Below, piece after piece: positions 16,868 to 23,321 of a DNA stretch of 23,321 bases. The notes beneath the pieces were generated by a model, which searched no databases, was not told the DNA's origin, and saw only the letters and a list, made by a program, of their open reading frames with translations. The position numbers were made by a program, and so were the translations under genes. The DNA is from a virus, in UHGV virus genome UHGV-0081595. One strand, given 5' to 3'. Each line of letters opens with the position of its first letter. Positions within the stretch are counted from its first letter, which is position 1.

Positions 16868-17019
16868 TCCAACAACGTTTATGCATGTCAGATTAGAATA
16901 ACTGAGTACCGTTTTATCACGTGAAATTTGTATTAATGCCCGCCTCTGGCACAAAGCGAACGAGCACTTATCAAAATGCTCACCCACCTTACGCCTCGTT
17001 TCACTCGTTGCCCAAACTA

Positions 17020-17049
17020 GCCCCCATCAGAATGAATCCTCCTGGGGGC
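17020..17049 (-). terminator. hairpin downstream of the DinI-like gene; possible terminator
   Basis: GCCCCCA / TGGGGGC 7-bp GC stem with a large (~16-nt) loop, immediately after the DinI-like stop; weak U-tract, so low confidence. Confidence 0.3.
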
Positions 17050-17057
17050 AACGTTTC

Positions 17058-17291
17058 TTAATGCAGCCAGCTGTCGTCTTCCCACACCTTCTGCATAATT
17101 TTCATCACTTGTTTTCTTTCTTCATCCAGTTGCAGTCCGGTCAGTTCCACACCGTTAGAGCTACCTTTGCGGATACGAATTACCGTTTTGGGATACAGGG
17201 GGCGCAGATTGCGGTAAAGCTCGGATTCAAGGGCGTCCAAGATAGACTGGCTAATCTTCTGCTCTTTATCGATCATTATTTCAATGCGCAT
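17058..17291 (-). CDS. dinI: DinI-family protein (SOS-induced RecA modulator-like)
   Basis: MRIEIMIDKEQKISQSILDALESELYRNLRPLYPKTVIRIRKGSSNGVELTGLQLDEERKQVMKIMQKVWEDDSWL resembles E. coli DinI along its length; start at the ATG preceded by GAGGTGA; the track ORF extends 24 codons further upstream in frame. Confidence 0.8.
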   Translation of the reverse strand: MRIEIMIDKEQKISQSILDALESELYRNLRPLYPKTVIRIRKGSSNGVELTGLQLDEERKQVMKIMQKVWEDDSWLH

Positions 17292-17301
17292 AAAAGTCAC
17301 C

Positions 17302-17490
17302 TCAACTGATGACATCCATTGAGCGGTTGTATTCGTGGGTTCTGATTTTTGCCATGAGTTCATCTGTCAGTTCAGAAACCCACTGCAAAGCCAGCCCCTT
17401 CTCTTCATCACTACACTCACTAGCCGCTACAAGCTTAAGAAAAAAATCAATGCGCTGGAGCTTCAAAGACTCCAAAAAATAGTCCTGCAT
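17302..17490 (-). CDS. small hypothetical protein (62 aa) co-transcribed with the DinI-like gene; possible Tum-like SOS antirepressor component
   Basis: Internal ATG at 17490 preceded by a perfect AGGAGG SD; the longer track ORF (to 17592) would run through the LexA box and promoter; stop 11 nt before the DinI-like start. Confidence 0.55.
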   Translation of the reverse strand: MQDYFLESLKLQRIDFFLKLVAASECSDEEKGLALQWVSELTDELMAKIRTHEYNRSMDVIS

Positions 17491-17531
17491 TTTTCCTCCT
17501 ATGACACCACAAGCAATACTGTATACATAAC

Positions 17532-17551
17532 CACTGTTTATATTTACAGTA
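17532..17551. promoter_or_regulatory. LexA (SOS) box overlapping the promoter of the small-ORF/DinI-like operon
   Basis: CACTGTTTATATTTACAGTA: CTGT-N8-ACAG with an AT-rich spacer, close to the consensus TACTGTATATATATACAGTA; a perfect half-site TACTGTAT sits just upstream (17517-17524); TTTACA and TATA-type hexamers overlap on the minus strand. Confidence 0.65.
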
Positions 17552-17643
17552 TATAATAATCTTACTGATGTAAAACGTTTTTTTACGTTCATCAGCCTGA
17601 TATGCCTGGTATTATTAAGAGCACGAATTGTTAATCCGCGTAA

Positions 17644-20058
17644 TTAATACAGGTTCCGCCACTTATCATCTTCCCGCAAACGCTGGTTCCGATAGAAGAT
17701 ACGCAAGCCTGCTCCTGACGGAATACTGCCGCCGCGAAGGAGTAAATCGACCTCTTTCTCGCTACCATCAAATCCTCTGGACTTCAGTTCATAGACGAGC
17801 TGCTGACGCTGATACTCTGTAATTCGCTGTTTGTAGTCTTTACGTCGTTTCGGTTTAACCAGGCGTAATCTTGCTGCCAGTTCCCGGCGCTCTTTTTTGC
17901 TCATACTGTGCAGGTAATCGTGCAACTCCTTGTCATCCATGCGGGTGATATCCGTTCTGGTATCCCCATCAGCTGATTTGTCTTTCCCTTGTTGGTACAA
18001 ATTTTCAACAAGGGGACAGTTATTGCCACGAGTCCAAGGGGCGCAAGCGCCCTGGTCGGCTGCCGCCTCCTGAACGTCAACGGCTTTACGAACCATTTTC
18101 CACTTCACTGCATGAGTGCAGATCTTGCCCTCTGCAATGGGTGACCAGATGCCATAAATACGAATGCCGTGATCGCCATAGGCGGTCGGCTCTTCGTTGA
18201 TTTCATAAGCGGTTCTGATGAGGTGATATTTACGGGGAACCAGTACGCCGCCCTGCTTCATGATGTAGGTGGCAAAACAACCAGCATCAGCAGCAGCCAA
18301 GATGGCATCAAGGCGCGGGTTATCCAGTACCGGCGCACCTGCTTTTTTGTCCCCCTGTTGCCTTGCCGCCTGACCAGCCAGCAATCGCAGTTCACGGTAA
18401 GCCTGACGCCCCGGAATGCCAAAGAAGCGGAATTGCTGAACACGATGCAAAGACGCCCAGGCGTTCACGTATTCAGCGTTATCACGCAGAGATTTACCCG
18501 TTTCCTTGCTGATCTCGCCAGCCAGACCACGCCCGTCAATGTTCTTACTGATGTATTTCGCTATGTAGCTTGTCGGCGTTCCTTTGCGCGGGTTAATCAG
18601 CTCAGACTTAAAGCGCGGCCCCGTGTTATTGCCCAGCTCCTCGCGGTCTTCACGGATAGCAAACTTACGCAACAATGCAGTAATGGCGCGGCGGTCTTTT
18701 TTGCGCATGAAACACAACAGGTGCCAGTGAACTGTGCCGTCGTGATGCGGCTCAGCCACCCGCACGCCATACCAGCGCAACCCGGCTTTGTGCATCGCCT
18801 TACGAAATGCAGCAAACATACCGACCAGATAATCGCTGCTTTGTCTTACCGTCGCATTTGTCCAGGTCGGGTTGGGCCTGCCGTTATTTAGCGTGGAATG
18901 GAAACGTGACGGACAGGTGATGGTGTAGAAAACGGCGCAGTCACCGCGCATTTCCGCGATAAGCTCCAGACCTTTAACACAGGCCATCATCTCATTGCGG
19001 CGATGCGCAGGGTTGCTGCTGCTGGCGTTTACCACATCCTCCATGTCCAGCGTGTCGCCGTCTTCGTTCACCAGTTCATGAGAACGGAAAAACTCCAGCG
19101 ACTTACGGCGCTGCTCACGTTTATGCAACACGGCTTCATAGCTGACATAGGGAGATGCTTTTTTGCTGACAAGGCAGACAGCACGCAACTGCTCTTCCCG
19201 CCATTCGCAACGCATTTTCCATAATTTCCGGTACCACCAGTCGGCGCACAACATACGCGCCAGCGAACCCGGAATGAGTTCATAGGGCACGGGTTTACGG
19301 CGGTTTCTTTTCCGACGGAGTTGCTCAAACGCAGGCGGGATTACATCCAGACGCAGGGTTTCCGCTGCCACCCTTTCCCATGTATTGCGGATTTCTTCTG
19401 GCTTAACGTCATCGGTGGCATACAAATCGCCACAAGCGGCATCAAGGCACATACTCATATGCGCAGCTACCAGGGTGGACAGGCGTTTCACCTGATCCTG
19501 ACTCATTTCAGGCAGGATCAGCAGGCCGTCCAGCCCTTCATGGCTTGCCATAAAGCGAAAAGATGCAGATAGCTGACTGTCGCGTACATGCTCCAGTCGT
19601 TCCAGACATGGCTTAATCGTCTCACGTAAATAGCGGGAATAAGCCTTTGGCCTGCCAAGGCTGCTGAAGTATTCAATACGTTGCATCAGCGGCTTGCTGA
19701 TATGGGAAGGCTGGGCGTTGACGTCCGCCAGAATGACCATATCCGGATTAAAACGCTGCTGCTCATGCGCCAGCTTTGCCCGACTAATGAGCTTATCCTG
19801 TTCCATTTCGCGCTGGACAGGATCACGGGATTCATTAAAGAAATAACGCTCCCAGACCTGATCACTCAGCGCCTCACGGCGCAGCTGTTCCTGCTCGTTA
19901 TCGGCAGCGTACAGAGTGATCAGGTTTGAAAGCGTAGAAACCGGCGCAACTTCCACCGGGTCCAGATAAGGGTTAATGGCCTTTTTCGGGCTGTTCCATG
20001 AGAACGATGCGGCAGCTTCGTTAAAGCCGCAGCAGTTGTTCATATCGGCATGACTCAT
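17644..20058 (-). CDS. A: replication initiation endonuclease gpA (rolling-circle, HUH-type)
   Basis: 804 aa; [19 protein letters not shown] (HUH motif) and [12 protein letters not shown] (active-site Tyr motif) match P2 gpA; start overlaps the Dam stop (ATGA). Confidence 0.92.
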   Translation of the reverse strand: MSHADMNNCCGFNEAAASFSWNSPKKAINPYLDPVEVAPVSTLSNLITLYAADNEQEQLRREALSDQVWERYFFNESRDPVQREMEQDKLISRAKLAHEQQRFNPDMVILADVNAQPSHISKPLMQRIEYFSSLGRPKAYSRYLRETIKPCLERLEHVRDSQLSASFRFMASHEGLDGLLILPEMSQDQVKRLSTLVAAHMSMCLDAACGDLYATDDVKPEEIRNTWERVAAETLRLDVIPPAFEQLRRKRNRRKPVPYELIPGSLARMLCADWWYRKLWKMRCEWREEQLRAVCLVSKKASPYVSYEAVLHKREQRRKSLEFFRSHELVNEDGDTLDMEDVVNASSSNPAHRRNEMMACVKGLELIAEMRGDCAVFYTITCPSRFHSTLNNGRPNPTWTNATVRQSSDYLVGMFAAFRKAMHKAGLRWYGVRVAEPHHDGTVHWHLLCFMRKKDRRAITALLRKFAIREDREELGNNTGPRFKSELINPRKGTPTSYIAKYISKNIDGRGLAGEISKETGKSLRDNAEYVNAWASLHRVQQFRFFGIPGRQAYRELRLLAGQAARQQGDKKAGAPVLDNPRLDAILAAADAGCFATYIMKQGGVLVPRKYHLIRTAYEINEEPTAYGDHGIRIYGIWSPIAEGKICTHAVKWKMVRKAVDVQEAAADQGACAPWTRGNNCPLVENLYQQGKDKSADGDTRTDITRMDDKELHDYLHSMSKKERRELAARLRLVKPKRRKDYKQRITEYQRQQLVYELKSRGFDGSEKEVDLLLRGGSIPSGAGLRIFYRNQRLREDDKWRNLY

Positions 20059-20912
20059 GCACGTACTCCGTACACGGCAGAACTATCCACGCCACGCGAA
20101 TAATCAAATCCCACCCAGCAGCGCGGCCCGGAAACAGCAATGATTTCTGTTGCTGATTTACCCTCGCCAGCTGCCACACCGATGCTGCGTTTTGCCTTGA
20201 TGTAGTGGTGAGTAAAATTGCGATACAGCGAACGGATCAGGGATGTGTCACTGTTAGAAACAATGACCGGATGTCCTTCTGATGACCGATGTTCAAGAAC
20301 AGATGCCAGGTGATACTGGTCATCTTCAGTGAAGCCGTCAGTGTGATAGCCGGAAAACGTACCGTCATACGGCGGATCGCAATACACCACATCCCCCACC
20401 TTCAACATCGCCAGCGTTTCATCAAAGCTGGCGCAGATAAACGTTGCCCGCTGGGCTTTCTCTGCAAATGCGCGAATTTCTTTTTCAGGGAAATACGGAT
20501 TTTTATAATTACCGTAGGGAATGTTGAAATGTCCGCTCTTGTTATAGCGACATAAACCACGGTAACCGTGACGATTGAGATACAGGAAATATACCGCTTT
20601 CATGAAATCAGTAATTTCAGTGGAGTAATTAAACTCCTGCCTTATGTTGTAATAAGCTACCTCCCTGTTTGCTTCCTCAAATAAAGCTCTGGCACGAGAT
20701 ATAAACGCCTCACAATCAGCAGCAACCTTTTTATAGAGGTTGATTAAATCAGGATTAATATCCGCAACAAGATAGCTGGGGTAATCCGTCTCCATCATCA
20801 CTGCACAGGAACCCGCGAAAGGTTCAACCAGTCGCGGGCCAGCAGGAAGATGCTTTTTCAGTTCGGACATTATGGCGGTTTTATTTCCTGCCCATTTCAG
20901 GATGGTGCTCAT
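20055..20912 (-). CDS. dam: Dam-family DNA N6-adenine methyltransferase (GATC-type orphan MTase)
   Basis: [29 protein letters not shown] and VVYCDPPY motifs align with E. coli Dam; start at the internal ATG ([11 protein letters not shown]) preceded by a GGAGGTG SD rather than the track start at 20972. Confidence 0.88.
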   Translation of the reverse strand: MSTILKWAGNKTAIMSELKKHLPAGPRLVEPFAGSCAVMMETDYPSYLVADINPDLINLYKKVAADCEAFISRARALFEEANREVAYYNIRQEFNYSTEITDFMKAVYFLYLNRHGYRGLCRYNKSGHFNIPYGNYKNPYFPEKEIRAFAEKAQRATFICASFDETLAMLKVGDVVYCDPPYDGTFSGYHTDGFTEDDQYHLASVLEHRSSEGHPVIVSNSDTSLIRSLYRNFTHHYIKAKRSIGVAAGEGKSATEIIAVSGPRCWVGFDYSRGVDSSAVYGVRA

Positions 20913-21136
20913 ACAGCACCTCCGTTGTAATGTTTGCCTTTCAGCTCTGCGATTTCCTGGCAGGTAATGCAAAGCTGCACTCCCGGAATGGCGCGGCGTC
21001 GTGCTGGCGGAATTGGCGCTTCACATTCAATACAAAGCACGCGAGACACGCCCGGTGTTTTGGCACGGGCAGCACGAATATGGCGCTGGCGTTCTTCTTC
21101 AACGCGCTGCTGTACGAGATCCATTGCATCAGCCAT
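20909..21136 (-). CDS. TraR/DksA-family C4 zinc-finger protein
   Basis: 75 aa with CIEC-x17-CITC four-cysteine finger and basic flanks; typical small early-region protein of P2-like phages. Confidence 0.75.
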   Translation of the reverse strand: MADAMDLVQQRVEEERQRHIRAARAKTPGVSRVLCIECEAPIPPARRRAIPGVQLCITCQEIAELKGKHYNGGAV

Positions 21137-21375
21137 TAGTGGATCTCCTGCGCTTCGTTCTGGATTGCTTCAGCAGTTACACGCAGTAGTTCTGCCGCTT
21201 CGACGTGGTTTAGCTGGCGGGATGTGATATGACACGCCAGGCTATCAAGGCGAGCTGCCATTGCTTCTGCCCTTGCCCGGCGTTCTTCCAGACGAGCCTC
21301 TGTCAGTAAAATATTAAGCCCTGCGTCATCCGGTCCGGTTTTAGTCGTGAGGGTTTCAATATTACGCATAATCAA
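21136..21375 (-). CDS. hypothetical early-region protein
   Basis: 79-aa ORF coupled (overlapping start/stop) to the TraR-like gene; no recognisable motif. Confidence 0.5.
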   Translation of the reverse strand: MIMRNIETLTTKTGPDDAGLNILLTEARLEERRARAEAMAARLDSLACHITSRQLNHVEAAELLRVTAEAIQNEAQEIH

Positions 21376-21436
21376 TTCTCCTGAATTTAGATAAAGGGAT
21401 GCCCGGCGGGTTTACGCCATTAATTTCATTAGTTGG

Positions 21437-21778
21437 TTAATTCGGCATGGTTAGCCGTCTGGGAAATAAGCTCACCACTGCACGAAAATGATTCATTGCT
21501 TTAATCAGCTCCCGCTTTTCGTCAGTGGTCAGCTCATTAATGCTGATGCTATGACGTTCAGCTGGAATTTTTGCCATAAAGAATATGGCAGCCAGTGCCC
21601 GTTTATTTTGTTCATTATTGATATCCCGTGGATCACGCATATCTTTAATAAACCGCTCAAGCTCTGACTCAATATTCAGGCCAAAAACTTTCGCCCTTAA
21701 CTCCGCAATGTGATTAAGTCCATTCAGGCGTTCACCGGGGCTTAATGGAACAGTTGCTGCAGCGCCATTAATTGCCAT
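21437..21778 (-). CDS. hypothetical early-region protein
   Basis: 113-aa ORF with a G-rich SD-like sequence upstream; no recognisable family. Confidence 0.5.
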   Translation of the reverse strand: MAINGAAATVPLSPGERLNGLNHIAELRAKVFGLNIESELERFIKDMRDPRDINNEQNKRALAAIFFMAKIPAERHSISINELTTDEKRELIKAMNHFRAVVSLFPRRLTMPN

Positions 21779-21800
21779 ACTTCATATCCCCCAAACGCAG

Positions 21801-22025
21801 CTATCGTTCTTTGTTCTTACGGTAACGCTCAAGAGGAGATACATTTTTTCGTATCGTCTCTTTAACCTGCTCTCCCCGTAAAAACGTCCCATCCTTTAAC
21901 GTGAAAAAGTAACTGCCATCGCCCGACAATGACGGATAGCAACAGAGCAAATCATCTTCAGGTACTGAATAACTCTCCCCTCTGTAACGAAACTGATAAA
22001 CCACTTCACTTTCTGCCGCATACAT
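21801..22025 (-). CDS. hypothetical small protein
   Basis: 74-aa ORF with GGAGAAAG SD ~8 nt upstream of its ATG; overlaps the 3' 130 nt of the neighbouring ORF in another frame. Confidence 0.5.
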   Translation of the reverse strand: MYAAESEVVYQFRYRGESYSVPEDDLLCCYPSLSGDGSYFFTLKDGTFLRGEQVKETIRKNVSPLERYRKNKER

Positions 22026-22192
22026 TTGGACTTTCTCCGTTTCCTCGTGGTCAATTCAGACAGCAATTCATCTTGTGAATGACATGGATGCCAGCGTTTT
22101 CCATCCTCACCCGTGATCCAGCCGTGACCGTAGTGCATTGCCGGACTTTGTTTTACCAGCAGCGATGCAAATGATGGTTCTTTCGTAAGCAT
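21896..22192 (-). CDS. hypothetical small protein (coding extent uncertain; 3' part may be an out-of-frame read-through)
   Basis: ATG at 22192 with GAGGTG SD; the N-terminal ~55 aa look protein-like, the C-terminal 40 aa are Cys/Arg-rich and overlap the next ORF. Confidence 0.35.
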   Translation of the reverse strand: MLTKEPSFASLLVKQSPAMHYGHGWITGEDGKRWHPCHSQDELLSELTTRKRRKSKCMRQKVKWFISFVTEGRVIQYLKMICSVAIRHCRAMAVTFSR

Positions 22193-22199
22193 AAGCACC

Positions 22200-22709
22200 T
22201 CACAGCAAACCGAATGAAGCACCAAGACCAGTCATGGTATCAACTGCACTCGCCATCGCAGGATTAGCCTGTAAACGGGCCTGCAATGAAACAGCAGCCA
22301 GCGCCATCAGTCGTGTAACAGAGTTAATGCTGCTGATCGCATCACGACGGCCTGCACTGGTTTTTACATCGCCAGAAACCGCACCTGCCGCGACACGTCC
22401 TATCTCTGCAGTTGCACTCATGACGTAATGCGGCAGTTTCTCTTTTGCTACCTCATTAATCGGTACACATGGCAGGCAGTGAATCTGTGCCAGAAAACCA
22501 TCTACCAGCGTTGAATCTTCAGTCAGATCGGTAAGCAACCAAATTTCTGGTGCGGTTAATAAATGAGGTTGAGCTGGGTTCAGTTTGTTCCGCAGAATCT
22601 GCACATTCATGCCTGCACGTTCTGCCAGTTGCACCAGATTGTGGCGCAGTGCGAATGCACGACAGGCTTCATCAAAATGTGGATGTTTGGAAACTTGGTA
22701 ATCAAACAT
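22200..22709 (-). CDS. cII: phage 186 CII-family transcriptional activator
   Basis: [20 protein letters not shown]...LNPAQPH...[27 protein letters not shown]...ASFGLL resembles 186 CII along its length; start at the ATG (M4 of the track ORF, whose first codon is TTG) with GGAG 9 nt upstream. Confidence 0.75.
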   Translation of the reverse strand: MFDYQVSKHPHFDEACRAFALRHNLVQLAERAGMNVQILRNKLNPAQPHLLTAPEIWLLTDLTEDSTLVDGFLAQIHCLPCVPINEVAKEKLPHYVMSATAEIGRVAAGAVSGDVKTSAGRRDAISSINSVTRLMALAAVSLQARLQANPAMASAVDTMTGLGASFGLL

Positions 22710-22773
22710 GGTTTTCAACTCCGAACTTATCGCAAAATCGAACTCAGCGTCTTATTGCGAAAATAGACGTCTA

Positions 22774-22977
22774 TTAAGCAGACAAAGCATCAACAGTCAG
22801 AGCAGCCAGGTTAATCATTACCTTTTCACGTTTTTTGTCTTTACGAAGACGATGACGAGGTAGTCGGCCATCAGCCAACATGTCGTTAATCGTATCAATA
22901 GAAAGGCCAGTCAGTTCGCTATAACGTTCGATTGTGACATGTGGTGTATTCAGAGTAATTGAAATGTTAGGTGTCAT
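22774..22977 (-). CDS. Apl/Cox-like small DNA-binding protein (excisionase / lytic-promoter regulator)
   Basis: 67-aa ORF, first gene of the leftward operon, divergent from the CI-like gene; HTH-like segment [22 protein letters not shown]. Confidence 0.6.
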   Translation of the reverse strand: MTPNISITLNTPHVTIERYSELTGLSIDTINDMLADGRLPRHRLRKDKKREKVMINLAALTVDALSA

Positions 22978-23066
22978 AAGGCAACATTCCTTCTAGATAT
23001 GGCTTGTGGCGAGCCGTTGTTTGTCGTGATTAGTAGTGAAGGCTCCAAAAGAACACTTCTGGTTCA

Positions 23067-23095
23067 ACTTTAAGATCGCTTTTGGAATCTGTCAA
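23067..23095 (-). promoter_or_regulatory. sigma70-type promoter directed toward apl/cII (lytic promoter candidate)
   Basis: On the minus strand: TTGACA (perfect -35), 17-nt spacer, TAAAGT (-10), ~90 nt upstream of the Apl-like start; flanked by TTTGGA repeats. Confidence 0.5.
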
Positions 23096-23122
23096 CGAAT
23101 TTTGGATTTCTTTGGAGGACTT

Positions 23123-23321
23123 GTGGATTTCAATAGCGGCGGTAAGAAAGCCATAGAACGTTTAGTTGAAGCATATGGGTTCGGTACCCGTCAGGCTCTC
23201 TGTGATCATTTAGGTGTTTCTAAGAGCACCATGGCAACGCGCTATATGCGTGATATTTTTCCAGCAGATTGGGTAATCCAGTGCGCCCTTGAAACGGGCA
23301 CCTCGCTTAATTGGCTAACAA
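23123..23321 (+). CDS. cI: CI repressor, phage-186 type (5' part; truncated by the window edge)
   Basis: From a GTG preceded by GGAGGA, translation reads VDFNSGGKKAIERLVEAYGFGTRQALCDHLGVSKSTMATRYMRDIFPADWVIQCALETGTSLNWLT, matching the 186 CI-type N-terminal HTH domain; exact start uncertain. Confidence 0.7.
   Translation, partial: MDFNSGGKKAIERLVEAYGFGTRQALCDHLGVSKSTMATRYMRDIFPADWVIQCALETGTSLNWLT

Larger units (their letters stand above)
1..23321. mobile_element. P2/186-family temperate phage or prophage segment (tail fibre through immunity region), reversed relative to the P2 map
   Basis: Gene order G-H-I-J-W-V-S-R-lysis-X-L-M-N-O on one strand with divergent P-Q, then cos-like sequence, A, and a CII/Apl/CI switch; recognised from the translated ORFs, no search run. 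Confidence 0.9.

Noticed and set aside
16475-16987. 170-aa minus-strand ORF antisense to the ASCH gene
   Set aside because: The plus-strand ASCH reading has a clear family signature and an SD; the antisense ORF has neither.
17302-17592. Full-length 96-aa track ORF upstream of the DinI-like gene
   Set aside because: Its 5' third would be translated through the LexA box and promoter hexamers; an internal ATG with a perfect AGGAGG SD gives a more plausible 62-aa product.
18169-18891. 240-aa plus-strand ORF inside the replication gene A
   Set aside because: Fully embedded antisense to gpA, which has clear HUH and Tyr motifs; no independent support.
1-23321. CRISPR arrays, tRNA/rRNA genes, integrase or attachment sites
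   Set aside because: No regularly spaced direct repeats, no tRNA-like cloverleaf candidates and no integrase-like ORF in this window; the integrase and att site would be expected beyond the right edge (past cI) and the Z/fun variable locus beyond the left edge.

Overview
This window is a contiguous stretch of a P2/186-family temperate phage (probably a prophage of an enterobacterium), in reverse orientation relative to the usual P2 map. All family assignments below come from reading the translated ORFs against remembered protein families; no database search was run, and coordinates follow the supplied ORF track with starts adjusted where a Shine-Dalgarno (SD) sequence supports an internal start. 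Minus strand, left to right: tail fibre assembly (G), tail fibre (H), baseplate (I, J, W, V), tail completion (S, R), a lysis cassette (spanins LysB/LysC, LysA, SAR-type endolysin, small holin), X, head completion L, small terminase M, major capsid N and scaffold O. P (large terminase) and Q (portal) are divergent on the plus strand. Beyond Q lies an accessory region carrying a cos-like sequence, then replication gene A, a Dam-type methyltransferase, a TraR/DksA zinc-finger protein, small early ORFs, CII-like and Apl/Cox-like regulators, and the 5' end of a 186-type CI repressor. The main candidate for an undescribed system is an AT-rich, translationally coupled three-gene operon (13196-16049, minus strand) between Q and cos, whose products I cannot assign to any family; it sits in the variable locus where P2-like phages carry anti-phage defence cargo. 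Secondary observations are an ASCH-domain gene on the other side of cos, a LexA-box-controlled small ORF plus DinI-like module downstream of A, a tandem duplication in the tail fibre, TGT-N12-ACA late-promoter elements, and a pair of implausibly overlapping early ORFs.
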